Assembly (NCBI GenBank): GCA_965248355.1 | Contig: OZ252098.1 | Span: 1,920,001 to 1,984,000, forward strand | Length of the DNA: 64,000 nucleotides | Origin: Candidatus Latescibacterota bacterium | GTDB taxonomy: Bacteria; Latescibacterota; UBA2968; UBA8231 | Direction of reading: 5' to 3' | Part shown: piece after piece, positions 19,336 through 29,564 of the stretch | Layout: each line of letters opens with the position of its first letter | How positions within the stretch are numbered: position 1 is the first letter of the stretch | Notes under the pieces: model-generated | Told to the model about the DNA's origin: nothing | The model's input: only the letters and a program-made list of their open reading frames with translations | The model's database searches: none | Translations under genes and position numbers: made by a program

Positions 19336-21750
19336 ATGAGCATCCCCCGGTCTTCCTGGAGCACGACCGCCGTGAGGGGCCCGGCGGTTCCGCCTGTCCT
19401 CGCCTCTCTGGTTCTGACCCTGGTGGCGGCGGGAAGCCTGCCGGGCGAAGAGGGCTACGCGCCGGGTACGCTTCAGTTGACGCCTCGCGTGGACCTGCAG
19501 TTGCAGCCGGTTCCGGTCCATGTGCCGGAGCGCTTCACCGGCCTTCCCCGCGACCTCGTCCTCAACCTCCCCCCGGGGTTCTCGGCCTCCGTCTTCGCCG
19601 CCTACGACTTCGAGCGGCCGCGCTTCATGGCGGTTAGCCCCGACGGCGTCCTTCACGTGGCCGACATGGGAGCCGGGACGATCGTGGCCCTGCCCGACCG
19701 GGACGGCGACGGCGTCGCCGACGAGGCCATCGTCGCCGCCGGCCGGTTCGAGCGCGCCCACAGCCTGGCCTTCTACAAGGGGGCGATGTACGTCGCCGAG
19801 ACCCACCGGGTGATGCGCCTCACCGACGGCGACGGCGACGGGATCTACGAGGACCGGGAGATCCTCGTGCCCTCCCTGCCGAAGGGGGGATGGCACTCCA
19901 CGCGCACCATCGTCTTCGACGAGGAGCAGGATCAGTTCTACGTCGGCGTGGGCTGGCCGTGCGACATGTGCCGGCACTCCGATCCCGAGCGCGGGACGGT
20001 GCTCCGGTTCAACGCCGACGGCAGCGGCCGCCGGGTCTTCGCCAGCGGCATCCGCAACCCCATCGGCATGGCCCTGCACCCGGTGACCAACCAGTTGTGG
20101 GCCACCAACAACGGCCACGACACCGAGGGCGTCAGCCTGCCGCCGGAATGGATCGACATCATCCGCGACGGCGGGTTCTACGGCGTGCCCCTGGCCTACG
20201 GCTACCAGGTCTACGTCGACTTCGACCTGCCCCGGTACCGGGAGAACCTGCCCCTTTCGAGGGAGGATTCGTCCCTGGTGGAGAGCATGGAACGGCCCGC
20301 CGCCCTGATCCCGGCCCACCTGGCTCCCATGGGCCTGCACTTCTACACCCACGACCGGTTCCCGCCCCGCTACCAGGGGGCCGCCTTCGTCGCCCTCCAC
20401 GCGGGGCACGCCAAGCTGGCGCCGGTCCCCGGGTACAACGTCGTCGCCCTGTTCAGCGAGCCCGACGGGACCGACGCCCGCATCGCCGACTTCGCCACGG
20501 GATTTCAGACCGGCACCGAGGTCTCGGACGTATGGGGGTTTCCCGTGGGCGTCGTCAGCGACGGCCAAGGTCACCTCTATGTCTCCAGCGACCGGCACGT
20601 GCGCGCCATCCTGAGGATCGAGCACGGTCCCGTCATCGCCTCCTGGGAGCACACCCTTCCGGGCTCGGCCGTGCGCGGCACCCCCCTGCCGGTGGAGGCC
20701 ACCGTCCGTCTCGAGCGGCTGGCCCCGGGGGCCGAGGCCCCCTCGGTCACGGCCGACCTCAGCGCCCTGGGAGGGCCGGCGGGGGTGCCGCTGGAAGAGG
20801 CGGGGGACGGCACCTACCGACTGCGGACCTCCCTGGCGGTGGACGTGCCTCCGGGCCTGAAGACCGCGTCGGTCCTCGTCGAGCAGCGCGCCGGCTCCGA
20901 GACCCATGCCTTCCGGCTGACGGCCACCGTGGCCGTGGAGCCCGCCGAGGTGATCCCCGATCTCGTGATCTACGACGAGAGCCTGGGCGACGGCTGGTCG
21001 GCGTACAGCGGCACCTGGCTCACCGACTTCTCCCTCGACCTGACCGAGGAGGAGGTAGTCTTCCAGGGCCGCCGGTCCGCCGCCTTTCCGGTCCGCTGGG
21101 AGGACTGGGACTGGATCGTGAAGTTCCTCCCGGGCGAACCTGTGGATCCGGCGGGCTACGACCGGGTGCGCTTCGCCTTCCATCCGGGCGATTCCGTGGT
21201 CCGGGGGCAGCCGCGCTTCAGCATCTATCTGGCCGAGACCCTGATCGACCTGGCCGCCGAGGGGCTGGTGGAGACGGAGGCCCCGCGTCCCGGCCGCCAT
21301 CGCTTCGGCGACGATCGCTGGCAGGTGGTGGAGGTGCCGCTGACGGCCTTCGGCTCGCCGAAGGAGATCCTCGAGGTGACGTTCTCGGGCAACTTCGGCG
21401 GCCGGTTCTACATCGACGACCTGCGGCTCACGGGCCGTCTCCCGACGATGGTGGGAGCAGAGGAAGCGGGGCCCTCCGCCTTCGCCCTGGAGCAGAACCA
21501 CCCCAATCCCTTCAACACCTCCACGCGCATCGCTTTCAGCCTGCCCGGCGGTCCGGCCCGGCTGACCATCTACAACCTCCTGGGCCAGAGAGTGGCCCGG
21601 CCCTTCGAAGGCGACGGCCGCGCCGGGACCGGCTCCATCCTCTGGGACGGCAGGGACGACGGGGGGCGCGAGCTGGCCACCGGCGTCTACCTCTACCGGC
21701 TGGAGTCCGGAGGGCAGGTGCAGACGCGGAGGCTGGTGCTCCTCCGCTGA
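19336..21750 (+). CDS. Secreted glucose/sorbosone (PQQ-dependent sugar) dehydrogenase with C-terminal FlgD-Ig/T9SS-type CTD
   Basis: LNLPPGFSASVFA, PRFMA, HSTRTI, FASGIRNPIG, GFYGVP, AHLAPMGLHFY; CTD LEQNHPNPFN...WDGRDDGG...GVYLYRL...RLVLLR; AAGGAGG RBS. Confidence 0.85.
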   Translation: MSIPRSSWSTTAVRGPAVPPVLASLVLTLVAAGSLPGEEGYAPGTLQLTPRVDLQLQPVPVHVPERFTGLPRDLVLNLPPGFSASVFAAYDFERPRFMAVSPDGVLHVADMGAGTIVALPDRDGDGVADEAIVAAGRFERAHSLAFYKGAMYVAETHRVMRLTDGDGDGIYEDREILVPSLPKGGWHSTRTIVFDEEQDQFYVGVGWPCDMCRHSDPERGTVLRFNADGSGRRVFASGIRNPIGMALHPVTNQLWATNNGHDTEGVSLPPEWIDIIRDGGFYGVPLAYGYQVYVDFDLPRYRENLPLSREDSSLVESMERPAALIPAHLAPMGLHFYTHDRFPPRYQGAAFVALHAGHAKLAPVPGYNVVALFSEPDGTDARIADFATGFQTGTEVSDVWGFPVGVVSDGQGHLYVSSDRHVRAILRIEHGPVIASWEHTLPGSAVRGTPLPVEATVRLERLAPGAEAPSVTADLSALGGPAGVPLEEAGDGTYRLRTSLAVDVPPGLKTASVLVEQRAGSETHAFRLTATVAVEPAEVIPDLVIYDESLGDGWSAYSGTWLTDFSLDLTEEEVVFQGRRSAAFPVRWEDWDWIVKFLPGEPVDPAGYDRVRFAFHPGDSVVRGQPRFSIYLAETLIDLAAEGLVETEAPRPGRHRFGDDRWQVVEVPLTAFGSPKEILEVTFSGNFGGRFYIDDLRLTGRLPTMVGAEEAGPSAFALEQNHPNPFNTSTRIAFSLPGGPARLTIYNLLGQRVARPFEGDGRAGTGSILWDGRDDGGRELATGVYLYRLESGGQVQTRRLVLLR

Positions 21751-21804
21751 CCCCGCGGGAGACCCGCCCGGCCGCCTCGATCCCCCCCCGGCGTCCGGGC
21801 GGGA

Positions 21805-22767
21805 TCAGCGTCTTTGCAGCACCAGGTGGATCTGCCGCGCCTTGGTTCCCGTCTCCATGGCGTGGACCACGGCGTTGATCCCGAGCCGCAGGTGGGGCTC
21901 GTTGCCGAAGGGCTGCGCCCAGTGGTGGACGTAGCCCTTGTCGGCGAAGAGACCGGCGAGGCGGCCCTCCAGGAAGACCCCCTCCAGGTAGGGTCTTGGC
22001 CAGGCCTCGTCCCAGCCGGGAGGGACCCCGTTGAAGTCGTAGAAACAGCGATAGATCGGGTGGGCGTCGGGAATGCGGCGCAGTCGCCCTCGATGGCCGA
22101 GGGCCTTCTGGAAGAGGCGGCGAAGGGCGGCCTCGGCCTGACTGAACTCCAGGCTGGCCGCGGCATTGTCGGCGAAGACGAATCCGCCGCCCCGCATGTA
22201 CTCCCCGAGGGCCCGGACCTCGCTCTCGGTGAGGTCGAAGACCTCGCCGGCGGTGATGAAGACGAAGGGGCTGCGCATGAACTGGGGAGAACCGATGAAG
22301 ATGTGCCGGTCCACGGAGGCGGCGATGCCGGTCTGCTCGGTGAGCGCGTCGGCGAGATTGGGGATGGCCAGGGCGGCGCTGTCGAAGCTTGGACGCAGGC
22401 CGGTCCCCCAGGCGGTGGCCAGACGGATGAATCCCCGCAGGTCCCGGCGGTCGTCCCCGGTGCGCGCCAGGAGCCCCCGGTAGCGCTCCGACCGGAGGCT
22501 GCCGGCCCTGAACAGCGCGCCCATCCAGGCCTCGTCCCCGGCGCCGGAGTGCAGGACGTAGAGGGTGTCGCCGGGAACGAGCGCGGCGGCGGCGCCGTCG
22601 AGGCTGGCGCAGGGCGAGGAAGCGCTGCAGTCCGACTCGTCCGAGCCTCCCTGAGCCACGTACCTCGACTCCGGGTACGCGGCCGGCGGCAGGGCGGACA
22701 AGGCCGCCAGCAGGGCGAGGGCCGGGATTCGGCGCCGCAACGGGCAGGGGCGGGTTCCAGAGCTCAT
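21805..22767 (-). CDS. Secreted DUF4159-domain protein
   Basis: PFVFIT, LGEYMRGGGFVFADN, HPIYRCFYDF, YLEGV, RLGINAVVHAM; signal peptide. Paralog of 51914-53146. Confidence 0.8.
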   Translation of the reverse strand: MSSGTRPCPLRRRIPALALLAALSALPPAAYPESRYVAQGGSDESDCSASSPCASLDGAAAALVPGDTLYVLHSGAGDEAWMGALFRAGSLRSERYRGLLARTGDDRRDLRGFIRLATAWGTGLRPSFDSAALAIPNLADALTEQTGIAASVDRHIFIGSPQFMRSPFVFITAGEVFDLTESEVRALGEYMRGGGFVFADNAAASLEFSQAEAALRRLFQKALGHRGRLRRIPDAHPIYRCFYDFNGVPPGWDEAWPRPYLEGVFLEGRLAGLFADKGYVHHWAQPFGNEPHLRLGINAVVHAMETGTKARQIHLVLQRR

Positions 22768-22777
22768 GGGCGGTCAG

Positions 22778-25700
22778 TCACCTCCTCCGCGCGTCCGCCA
22801 GGGCGCGGGAGGCGTACATCATCTCCCGCACGGCGGACAGGACGTGTTGGGTGGCGTGGGCGATCCCCCAGCGCAGGGGATCCTGGCGTTCCGGGTCGTG
22901 GCGCCGCGCCCCGGCGGCGTACCTCTCGAAGACGGGCACCATGGCCCGGGCGTACTTCAGCTCCCCGGTCTCCTCGTAGAGCGCCGCCAGGGCGTCGAGG
23001 TGGTGGAAGGCCCGTTCCTCCTCCGCGGCCCCGGTACGCTCGATCCAGAGCCGCCGGACCTCCTCGTTGAGCCGGCCGTAGTGCAGGGCCATGCGGGCGC
23101 CGTGGTCGCCGGCGAACCAGCGGTTGCGGTCGGGCCGGGCGTGGCGGTCCCAGAGGCGGTCGGCCTGCTCGCGGTAGGCCTCCTCCCCGGTCTCGATGTA
23201 CATCCGGGCCAGGCCCGCGATCGGGTTGGAGAGGTAGCGCCAGCCGTACTCGTGGAAGGCGGCGCCGGGATGGGCCATGGCCCGGGCCATGCGCTCGCCG
23301 GCCTCCCAGGCCGGCAGGTACCCGGTGACGTGGTACATCTCCAGGAAGGGATCGACCATCGAGTGGCCCGAGTCGCCCGGGGAGAGCCAGATGCACTCGT
23401 GGTGGCGGCGGCTCAGGCCGCTCGCCGAGGGGTCCCGGGGATCGTGGCGGATGGTGCCCACCTCCAGCAGATGGCGCGTGTTGGCCGTGGCCAGCTTGAG
23501 CCAGCGGCGGTCCCCGGACCGCAGGAAGGCGAGCCACGGGACGTGGCAGACGTTCTGCTCGTTCAGCAGATGGCCGTAGCGGCCGTGGTTCTCCCAGCGC
23601 CCCTGGCGATCGACGTAGGCGGCGGGCAGTGAGCCCCACACCCACTGGCCATACCACCGGTAGACCCGCTGGTTGAGCAGATAGCTCTCCAGGGCCTCGG
23701 CGATCAGGGCTTCGAGATCGGGGCAGACCTCCGGGTCGTAGGGCTGCAGGTGCATCAGCGCCCGGGTGGAAGCCAGGTAGCGCGGCGGCACGGCGCAGAC
23801 CACGGGCTCGCCGAAGACCTCCTCGTACCGGGGCAGCTCGTACCAGGCGGCCGGATCGATGATGAACTCGTGGGTGCGCGAGACCCCGGCCGCCAGGCCC
23901 CAGGTGGGGGCGCTGCTCGAGGTCAGCAGGCCGTCCTCCCGCGGGCGCCAGTCCATGGCCCCCTGCTCCTCCGGCCAGTAGTGGAAGGTCACCGTGCCCT
24001 CCTCCACCGAGGCCTCGAGGCGTTTGGGGAAGAGGCGCCAGAAGTCCCGGTGATGGATGACCAGATCGCGCTCCTTCCGGCGCAGCCTTGCCGTGCCGGT
24101 GGACCGGGAGCCCTGCAGGCTCAGCCGGGACGCCGCCGCCTCGGCGTGCTCGTCGTCGAGCTGCCGGACCACCACCAGGCTGTCGCTCGCCACGATCTCC
24201 CCGTCGAGATCGATGGCCGCCTCCTTCCAGAAGGGCCCCTCGGGCCGGAAGCGGATCCCGGCGCCGCCGAGGGTGTCCTCCCACGGATCCCCCGTATAGG
24301 TATAGGTGTGGTACAGTCGGAAGAAGGGACTGCCGCGGTAGAACTCGGCGTCCAGCTCCCCGCGGGCCACCGGGGCCCCTTCCCCCTTTTCGGGGTGGTA
24401 CCAGCCGGTGACCCGGACGCGGCAGCGGAGGGGCCCGTTCTCCACGATGCGGACCCCGGCCTCGGGACCGGAGACGAGGAACCGGTACACGCGCCCCTCT
24501 CCGGTCTTCCACCACAGGTCCCCGGGCTGCAGGAGACCCTCGATCCTGCCGTCGGCTCCGAAGACCCAGACGCGGGTGCCCACGTCGACGGCGATGCCGT
24601 CTCCACGGCGTCCGGCCATGAACGGCTCCCGCACGGGGTCCCCGGACCTCTCCAGGGTCAGGAAGCCGTGCCCGCCGCCCACGACATCGCTCTGGAAATC
24701 GACGAGCAGCCAGCGCGCGCTCCCGTCCGGCCAGGTGCCCATGACCTTCGTCTGCGTATCCAGCCGCCGCCCGAGGGCGTCGCTCAGGGTGATCCCGGCG
24801 CCCGGCGGAAGCGCTCCCCGGGCAAAGGGAACCCCGACCCGCATGGGCCAGTCGACGCGGGTCATCCCGGCCGCCTCCTCCACGCCGATGGGCACGCGGC
24901 CGTCCGCGGGGATCTCCACCTCGCGCAGGGCGGTCACGAAGGGACGCTCCCTCTCGGCGAGGGGTCCCGCCGCGCGCCGGGCCTCCGCGGCCCGGGCGCG
25001 GGCCCGGCCGGCGAGGACGCGCTCCTCCTCGTAGGAGTGGAGGCCTTCCTCCTCTCCCAGATCGACGTCGAGGCGGAAGGTGTAGCGTCCGTCCTCGAGG
25101 TCCTCGAGTCCGAGGCTCACCCGCCGGTCGAGGGTACGGGTCTCCATCGGATTCAGGTCATAGGTCCAGGCCTCGCGGCGCGCGACGCGCCCGAGAACGT
25201 CCGTCACCGTCAGGCGGCAGCGGACCGGGGTGCGGTCGTAGCGGCTGTCGAAGAGTCGCGCGTAGTGCCGCATGCGCAGCGGGATCGACTGGATTCCCGG
25301 GACCGCCATGAGGGCGTCGGCGATGCCGGAGTCCGCCAGGCCGAAGCGGTCCCGGCGCAGGTTGTTGAAGTAGAACCGGTTCTGCCCGGCCGCGCTCCTG
25401 CCCTCGTTCGGCCAGGGCGCCATGGTGTGCGCGGCGATGACGGCGGCGTTGTCCCGCACCAGCCGGGCGAAGCGCAGGGCCGCGGAGCGCTCCTCCGGCG
25501 CGACGAATCCGGGGTCGAGGCGGTCCCCGGGGGCGAAGGGCTGGTACGTCAGGTGCATCTCCACCCTCTCGCCGGGCGCCAGGAGCTGCTTCTTCCCCCG
25601 CGGCTCCACGGTGAACCACCCGCGCCCCGGGTGCTTCTCGCGGCGGTAGTCGGTCCAGGTGGCGCACACCTGCACGTCCTGTGGACGGAAGGTCATCCAC

Positions 25701-26458
25701 ACGCCGTTGCCGGTGCGCGCGTTGATGGCCATCCAGTACCCGGGCACGTCCAGGAAATGGGTGTCGCGCCCCAGCCCCACGCGGATACGGCGCATCTGGC
25801 CCCGCCCCGGGCCCGGCGCGACGATGACCGAGTGCTCACCATAGGTGTCATCCATCACAAGGTAGGGATGCCAGCGGATCCACAGGGGGACGGCCTCCTC
25901 GCCGAGGTTGGTGTAGCCCAGCACCACGGTGAGGCGGGTACTGCCATGGGCCAGGCGCATCTCCCTCTCCACAGCGACCTTGGAAGAAGGGGCCAGACCG
26001 ACGATCTGGCCTCCCCTCTGGAGCGTTCCCGGAGCCGCGGCGCGGGCGACGACGCCCTGGTACCCGGGGCCGTTGCGGCCTTCGAGGCGATGTGGGACCC
26101 CGTCGACCCCCAGGGTGAGGTCGCGCAGCCCCGGCCCGGGGGGGCGGACCCCGGCGCTGGAGAACTCGACGCCGCTGCGCCGGTCCAGGTACTCGACGAT
26201 GGCCGCTCCCTGCCCGGGGGCGATGGCCACCCGGGCGCGCTCGTTCTCCAGGACCCACCGGTCGGCGGCTCCGGCGCCGTCCCCCCACAGGAGGACGGCG
26301 GCCAACAGAGGCCGCAGGATCCTGGCAACCGACGCCGGCCGGAGCGGGGCCGGGCCGCGGCCTCCGAGGCGCCGTTGACAGAACGATCCCGCCCGGCGGA
26401 ACTTGCGGTCACCACTCCCGCGGCCATCGACGGTCCTTCTCGCGAGGCTGGAGGACAT
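22778..26458 (-). CDS. Large secreted protein with exo-rhamnogalacturonan lyase (PcRGLX/YetA, PL26-like) module and N-terminal mutarotase-like domain; start uncertain
   Basis: VGVPFARGAL, QTKVMGTWPDGSARWLLVDF, VENGPLR, WLAFLRSGD...ANTRHLLEV; N-terminal VLENERARVAIAPGQGAAI follows a signal-like segment. Confidence 0.6.
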   Translation of the reverse strand: MSSSLARRTVDGRGSGDRKFRRAGSFCQRRLGGRGPAPLRPASVARILRPLLAAVLLWGDGAGAADRWVLENERARVAIAPGQGAAIVEYLDRRSGVEFSSAGVRPPGPGLRDLTLGVDGVPHRLEGRNGPGYQGVVARAAAPGTLQRGGQIVGLAPSSKVAVEREMRLAHGSTRLTVVLGYTNLGEEAVPLWIRWHPYLVMDDTYGEHSVIVAPGPGRGQMRRIRVGLGRDTHFLDVPGYWMAINARTGNGVWMTFRPQDVQVCATWTDYRREKHPGRGWFTVEPRGKKQLLAPGERVEMHLTYQPFAPGDRLDPGFVAPEERSAALRFARLVRDNAAVIAAHTMAPWPNEGRSAAGQNRFYFNNLRRDRFGLADSGIADALMAVPGIQSIPLRMRHYARLFDSRYDRTPVRCRLTVTDVLGRVARREAWTYDLNPMETRTLDRRVSLGLEDLEDGRYTFRLDVDLGEEEGLHSYEEERVLAGRARARAAEARRAAGPLAERERPFVTALREVEIPADGRVPIGVEEAAGMTRVDWPMRVGVPFARGALPPGAGITLSDALGRRLDTQTKVMGTWPDGSARWLLVDFQSDVVGGGHGFLTLERSGDPVREPFMAGRRGDGIAVDVGTRVWVFGADGRIEGLLQPGDLWWKTGEGRVYRFLVSGPEAGVRIVENGPLRCRVRVTGWYHPEKGEGAPVARGELDAEFYRGSPFFRLYHTYTYTGDPWEDTLGGAGIRFRPEGPFWKEAAIDLDGEIVASDSLVVVRQLDDEHAEAAASRLSLQGSRSTGTARLRRKERDLVIHHRDFWRLFPKRLEASVEEGTVTFHYWPEEQGAMDWRPREDGLLTSSSAPTWGLAAGVSRTHEFIIDPAAWYELPRYEEVFGEPVVCAVPPRYLASTRALMHLQPYDPEVCPDLEALIAEALESYLLNQRVYRWYGQWVWGSLPAAYVDRQGRWENHGRYGHLLNEQNVCHVPWLAFLRSGDRRWLKLATANTRHLLEVGTIRHDPRDPSASGLSRRHHECIWLSPGDSGHSMVDPFLEMYHVTGYLPAWEAGERMARAMAHPGAAFHEYGWRYLSNPIAGLARMYIETGEEAYREQADRLWDRHARPDRNRWFAGDHGARMALHYGRLNEEVRRLWIERTGAAEEERAFHHLDALAALYEETGELKYARAMVPVFERYAAGARRHDPERQDPLRWGIAHATQHVLSAVREMMYASRALADARRR

Positions 26459-26477
26459 CTTCACGGCTCGTTTCGCC

Positions 26478-29400
26478 ATGCTCATCCGCGGCACTTCATC
26501 GCCGGGCGTCACCGACGCGCCCTGGCGAAAGGGTAGCGGCGCGGCGCCGTCACGGCGAGCCGGACGGAGGATCGGGGTCCTCCTGCCCTTCCTCGCCATC
26601 GCCTGTGCCCCGGATCCCGGGCCGGGCCCCCGCGACGAAGAGGTCGCCCGGTCGGCTCCTCCCGCCGCCCAGGTGCGCACCGGCCCGCCGGCAGGCGAGA
26701 CCGATACCGGCGCCGTGTTCTTCGTCGACGTGGCCGGGGAGAGCGGCATCGACTACGAGAACGTCTCCGGCAGTGCCGAGCAGGGCTACATCCTCGAGAC
26801 CATCTCCGCCGGGGCCGCCTTTCTCGACGTCGAGGGGGACGGGGACCAGGACCTCTACCTGGTGAACGGCACCCGCCTCGAAGACCCCCCCGAGGCCGCG
26901 GGCCACCGGTTCTACCGTCATCGCGGACCCGGATCCACTCCGCTCTTCGAGGAGGCGACCGAGGAGTTCGGCCTGTCCCACACCGGCTGGGGCATGGGCT
27001 GCGCCGTGGGCGACGTGGACGACGACGGCGATCCGGATCTCTACGTGACCTACTGGGGCGCCAACCGCCTCTACCTCAACGAGGGGGGAGAGGGCTTCAC
27101 CGAGGCGGGGCGGCCGGCGGGCGTGGCCGACGGCGGCTGGGGCTCCAGCGCCGCCTTCGGGGATCTGGACGGCGACGGGCTGCTGGACCTGTACGTCGCC
27201 AACTACGTGGAGTTCGATCTCGCCGATCCTCCCGGCGGCTGGCTCGGGTGCCGCTACAAGGGCTTGAGCAGCTACTGCGGCCCCCAGGGGATTCCCGGCC
27301 AGGCGGACCGGCTGTATCGCAACCTGGGCGGGGGCCGCTTCGCGGAGGCCGGGGAGGGGGCCGGCATCTCCCGCCACCGCCTGCCGGGACTCGGAGTCGT
27401 GCTCTCCGATCTCGATGCCGACGGAGATCCCGACATCTACGTGGCCAACGACTCCGAGCCCAACCTCCTGTTCCGCAACGAGGGAGGCTTCCGGTTCCGC
27501 GAGATCGGCGCCGCCGCCGGGCTGGCCTACAGCGAGGACGGCCGCGCTCAGGCGGGCATGGGCGTTCACTCGGGGGACTACGACCGGGACGGGGATCTCG
27601 ACCTCTTCGTCACCAACTTCTCAGACGACGTCAACACCCTCTACGCCAACCGGGGAGACGGGACCTTCGACGACGCCACCCACGCGGCCGGACTGGGCGG
27701 AGTGGTTCAGCCCTTCCTGGGATGGAGCACCGCCTTCCTCGACTACGACAACGACGGCTGGCTCGACCTGTTCGTCGCCAACGGGCACGTCTACCCCCAG
27801 CTCGGGCAGCTGCCCTCCGGTCTTCGCTACGCGCAGCGCAACCTCCTCTACCGGAACGTCGGGGGCCGGTTCGAGGAGGTCGGCGCCCAGGCCGGGGGGG
27901 ACTGGCAGGCCGAAGGGGTGAGCCGCGCCGCCGCGGTGACCGATTACGACGACGACGGGGACCCGGACATCCTGTTCGTCAACCTCAACGGCCGGCCGGC
28001 CCTGCTGCGCAACGAGGGCGGCAGCCGCAGCGGCTGGTTCGGACTGGAGCTGGCCGCCGAGGCCGGCAACCTGGAGGGGATCGGGGCCCGGGTCGAGCTC
28101 TGGTCGGCGGCCGGCCGGCAGGTGCGGGAGGTACAACGGGGCTACGGCTTCCAGGCCAGTCACGATCCCCGCCTGCTCTTCGGCCTCGGGTCGGCATCGG
28201 AAGTGGACAGCCTCGTCGTCCTCTGGCCCTCCGGCCTCAGGGAGAGGGTGATCCCGGAGGCTGGAAAGGGGTACTGGCGGCTTCGCGAGGGCCGCGGCCG
28301 GCTGCAGCCGGCCTCCCTCGCTCCCGACCGGACACCAGCCGCGCCGGCCGCCATCCACAGGCCCGCGGCCTCGGAGCCCCCGCCGGCGGCCGGCCCCGAC
28401 CCCGGCGGACCGGACTGGAGCGCGGCCCGCTATCGGGAGACCGGGGAGGACCTGTACCGACGGGGACGCTACGCCGAGGCGAGGACCGCCCTCGAACGGG
28501 CCATCGACCGGGAGCCGGAGGACATCGGCTCCTACGTCAACCTCGGGCTGGTCCTGGCCTCGGGGCTCGGAGAGGAGGCCCGGGCCCGCGAGGTTCTGGA
28601 GGAGGCCGTGACGCGGGACCCCGGGCACCCCGGCGCCCGGCACGTGCTCGGCAAGCTCTACCTGAACCAGGGCCGGCTGCCGGAGGCCCTCGCCGCCCTG
28701 CAGGCCGCCCACCGCCTCACTCCGGCCTCCTGGGAATACGCGGACTGGCTCGGACTGGCCCTTCTCCGGGCCGGACGTCCGGCCGCGGCGGAGACCGCCT
28801 TCCTGCAGGCGGCCCGGGCGGCCCCGTGGAACCCGGGCCCCCGTCTGCACCTGGCGCAGTTGTACGCCCGGCAGGACCGTCCCGCCGACAGCGACCGGGA
28901 GCGGCGGATCTTCGCCCGCCTGCGCCCCCTGCAGGACCGCGCCGAGCTCTACGAGCGCAAGGCCGGCGACTATCCGGACAGCCCGCGGGCGCGACACCTC
29001 CTCGGACTGGTGTACCTCGAGCAGGGACGGCTCCCGGAGGCCCTCGAACGGTTCCAGGAGGCCCTGGAGCTCGATCCCGGCTTCGCGGCAACGCACCACG
29101 CCCTCGGCCGCCTGCTGCAGGCCCGGGGCCGGCTCCCACAGGCCGTCCGGTACCTCGAGCGCGCCTGCGAGCTGGACCCGGAGCTGCTGGAAGCGCATGT
29201 CGATCTCGGCTCCGCCTACCACAGGTCGAGCCGCTACGACCTGGCGGTGGCGGCCTATGAGCGGGCCCTGGCTATCGATCCGGAGCGACCGCTCGTCTAC
29301 AGCAATCTCGGCATGGCCCACGCCATGGCCGGCCGCCTCGAGACGGCGGCCGAGGCCTTCCGCGAAGGCCTGAAGAGAGCGCCGGACTCCGCCGACCTTC

Positions 29401-29564
29401 ACGAGGCCCTGGGCCAGGTCTACGCCCGGCAGGGCCGCCTGCGGGAAGCGCGGGCCGAGTGGGAGACGGTCCTCCGGCTGAACCCGGGGCACCGCCGGGC
29501 CGCCGCCGCCATCCGGGAGGCGCGCCCCGGCTCCGCCTCCGCCGGCGGGGGCTACACCCAGTAG
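26478..29564 (+). CDS. FG-GAP/CRTAC1 (ASPIC-UnbV) lipoprotein with C-terminal TPR repeats
   Basis: Lipobox-like FLAIAC; repeated GDxDxDGxxDLYV; GIGARV...SHDPRLLFGLG (UnbV); multiple TPRs at the C-terminus. Confidence 0.87.
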   Translation: MLIRGTSSPGVTDAPWRKGSGAAPSRRAGRRIGVLLPFLAIACAPDPGPGPRDEEVARSAPPAAQVRTGPPAGETDTGAVFFVDVAGESGIDYENVSGSAEQGYILETISAGAAFLDVEGDGDQDLYLVNGTRLEDPPEAAGHRFYRHRGPGSTPLFEEATEEFGLSHTGWGMGCAVGDVDDDGDPDLYVTYWGANRLYLNEGGEGFTEAGRPAGVADGGWGSSAAFGDLDGDGLLDLYVANYVEFDLADPPGGWLGCRYKGLSSYCGPQGIPGQADRLYRNLGGGRFAEAGEGAGISRHRLPGLGVVLSDLDADGDPDIYVANDSEPNLLFRNEGGFRFREIGAAAGLAYSEDGRAQAGMGVHSGDYDRDGDLDLFVTNFSDDVNTLYANRGDGTFDDATHAAGLGGVVQPFLGWSTAFLDYDNDGWLDLFVANGHVYPQLGQLPSGLRYAQRNLLYRNVGGRFEEVGAQAGGDWQAEGVSRAAAVTDYDDDGDPDILFVNLNGRPALLRNEGGSRSGWFGLELAAEAGNLEGIGARVELWSAAGRQVREVQRGYGFQASHDPRLLFGLGSASEVDSLVVLWPSGLRERVIPEAGKGYWRLREGRGRLQPASLAPDRTPAAPAAIHRPAASEPPPAAGPDPGGPDWSAARYRETGEDLYRRGRYAEARTALERAIDREPEDIGSYVNLGLVLASGLGEEARAREVLEEAVTRDPGHPGARHVLGKLYLNQGRLPEALAALQAAHRLTPASWEYADWLGLALLRAGRPAAAETAFLQAARAAPWNPGPRLHLAQLYARQDRPADSDRERRIFARLRPLQDRAELYERKAGDYPDSPRARHLLGLVYLEQGRLPEALERFQEALELDPGFAATHHALGRLLQARGRLPQAVRYLERACELDPELLEAHVDLGSAYHRSSRYDLAVAAYERALAIDPERPLVYSNLGMAHAMAGRLETAAEAFREGLKRAPDSADLHEALGQVYARQGRLREARAEWETVLRLNPGHRRAAAAIREARPGSASAGGGYTQ

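Noticed and set aside
26376..26410. TTGACA promoter candidate near the divergent gene starts
   Set aside because: No credible -10 at 16-18 bp, and both start codons are uncertain.
26800..28020. Recurrent GAC-rich DNA repeats
   Set aside because: These are FG-GAP protein repeats, not CRISPR or a DNA repeat array.
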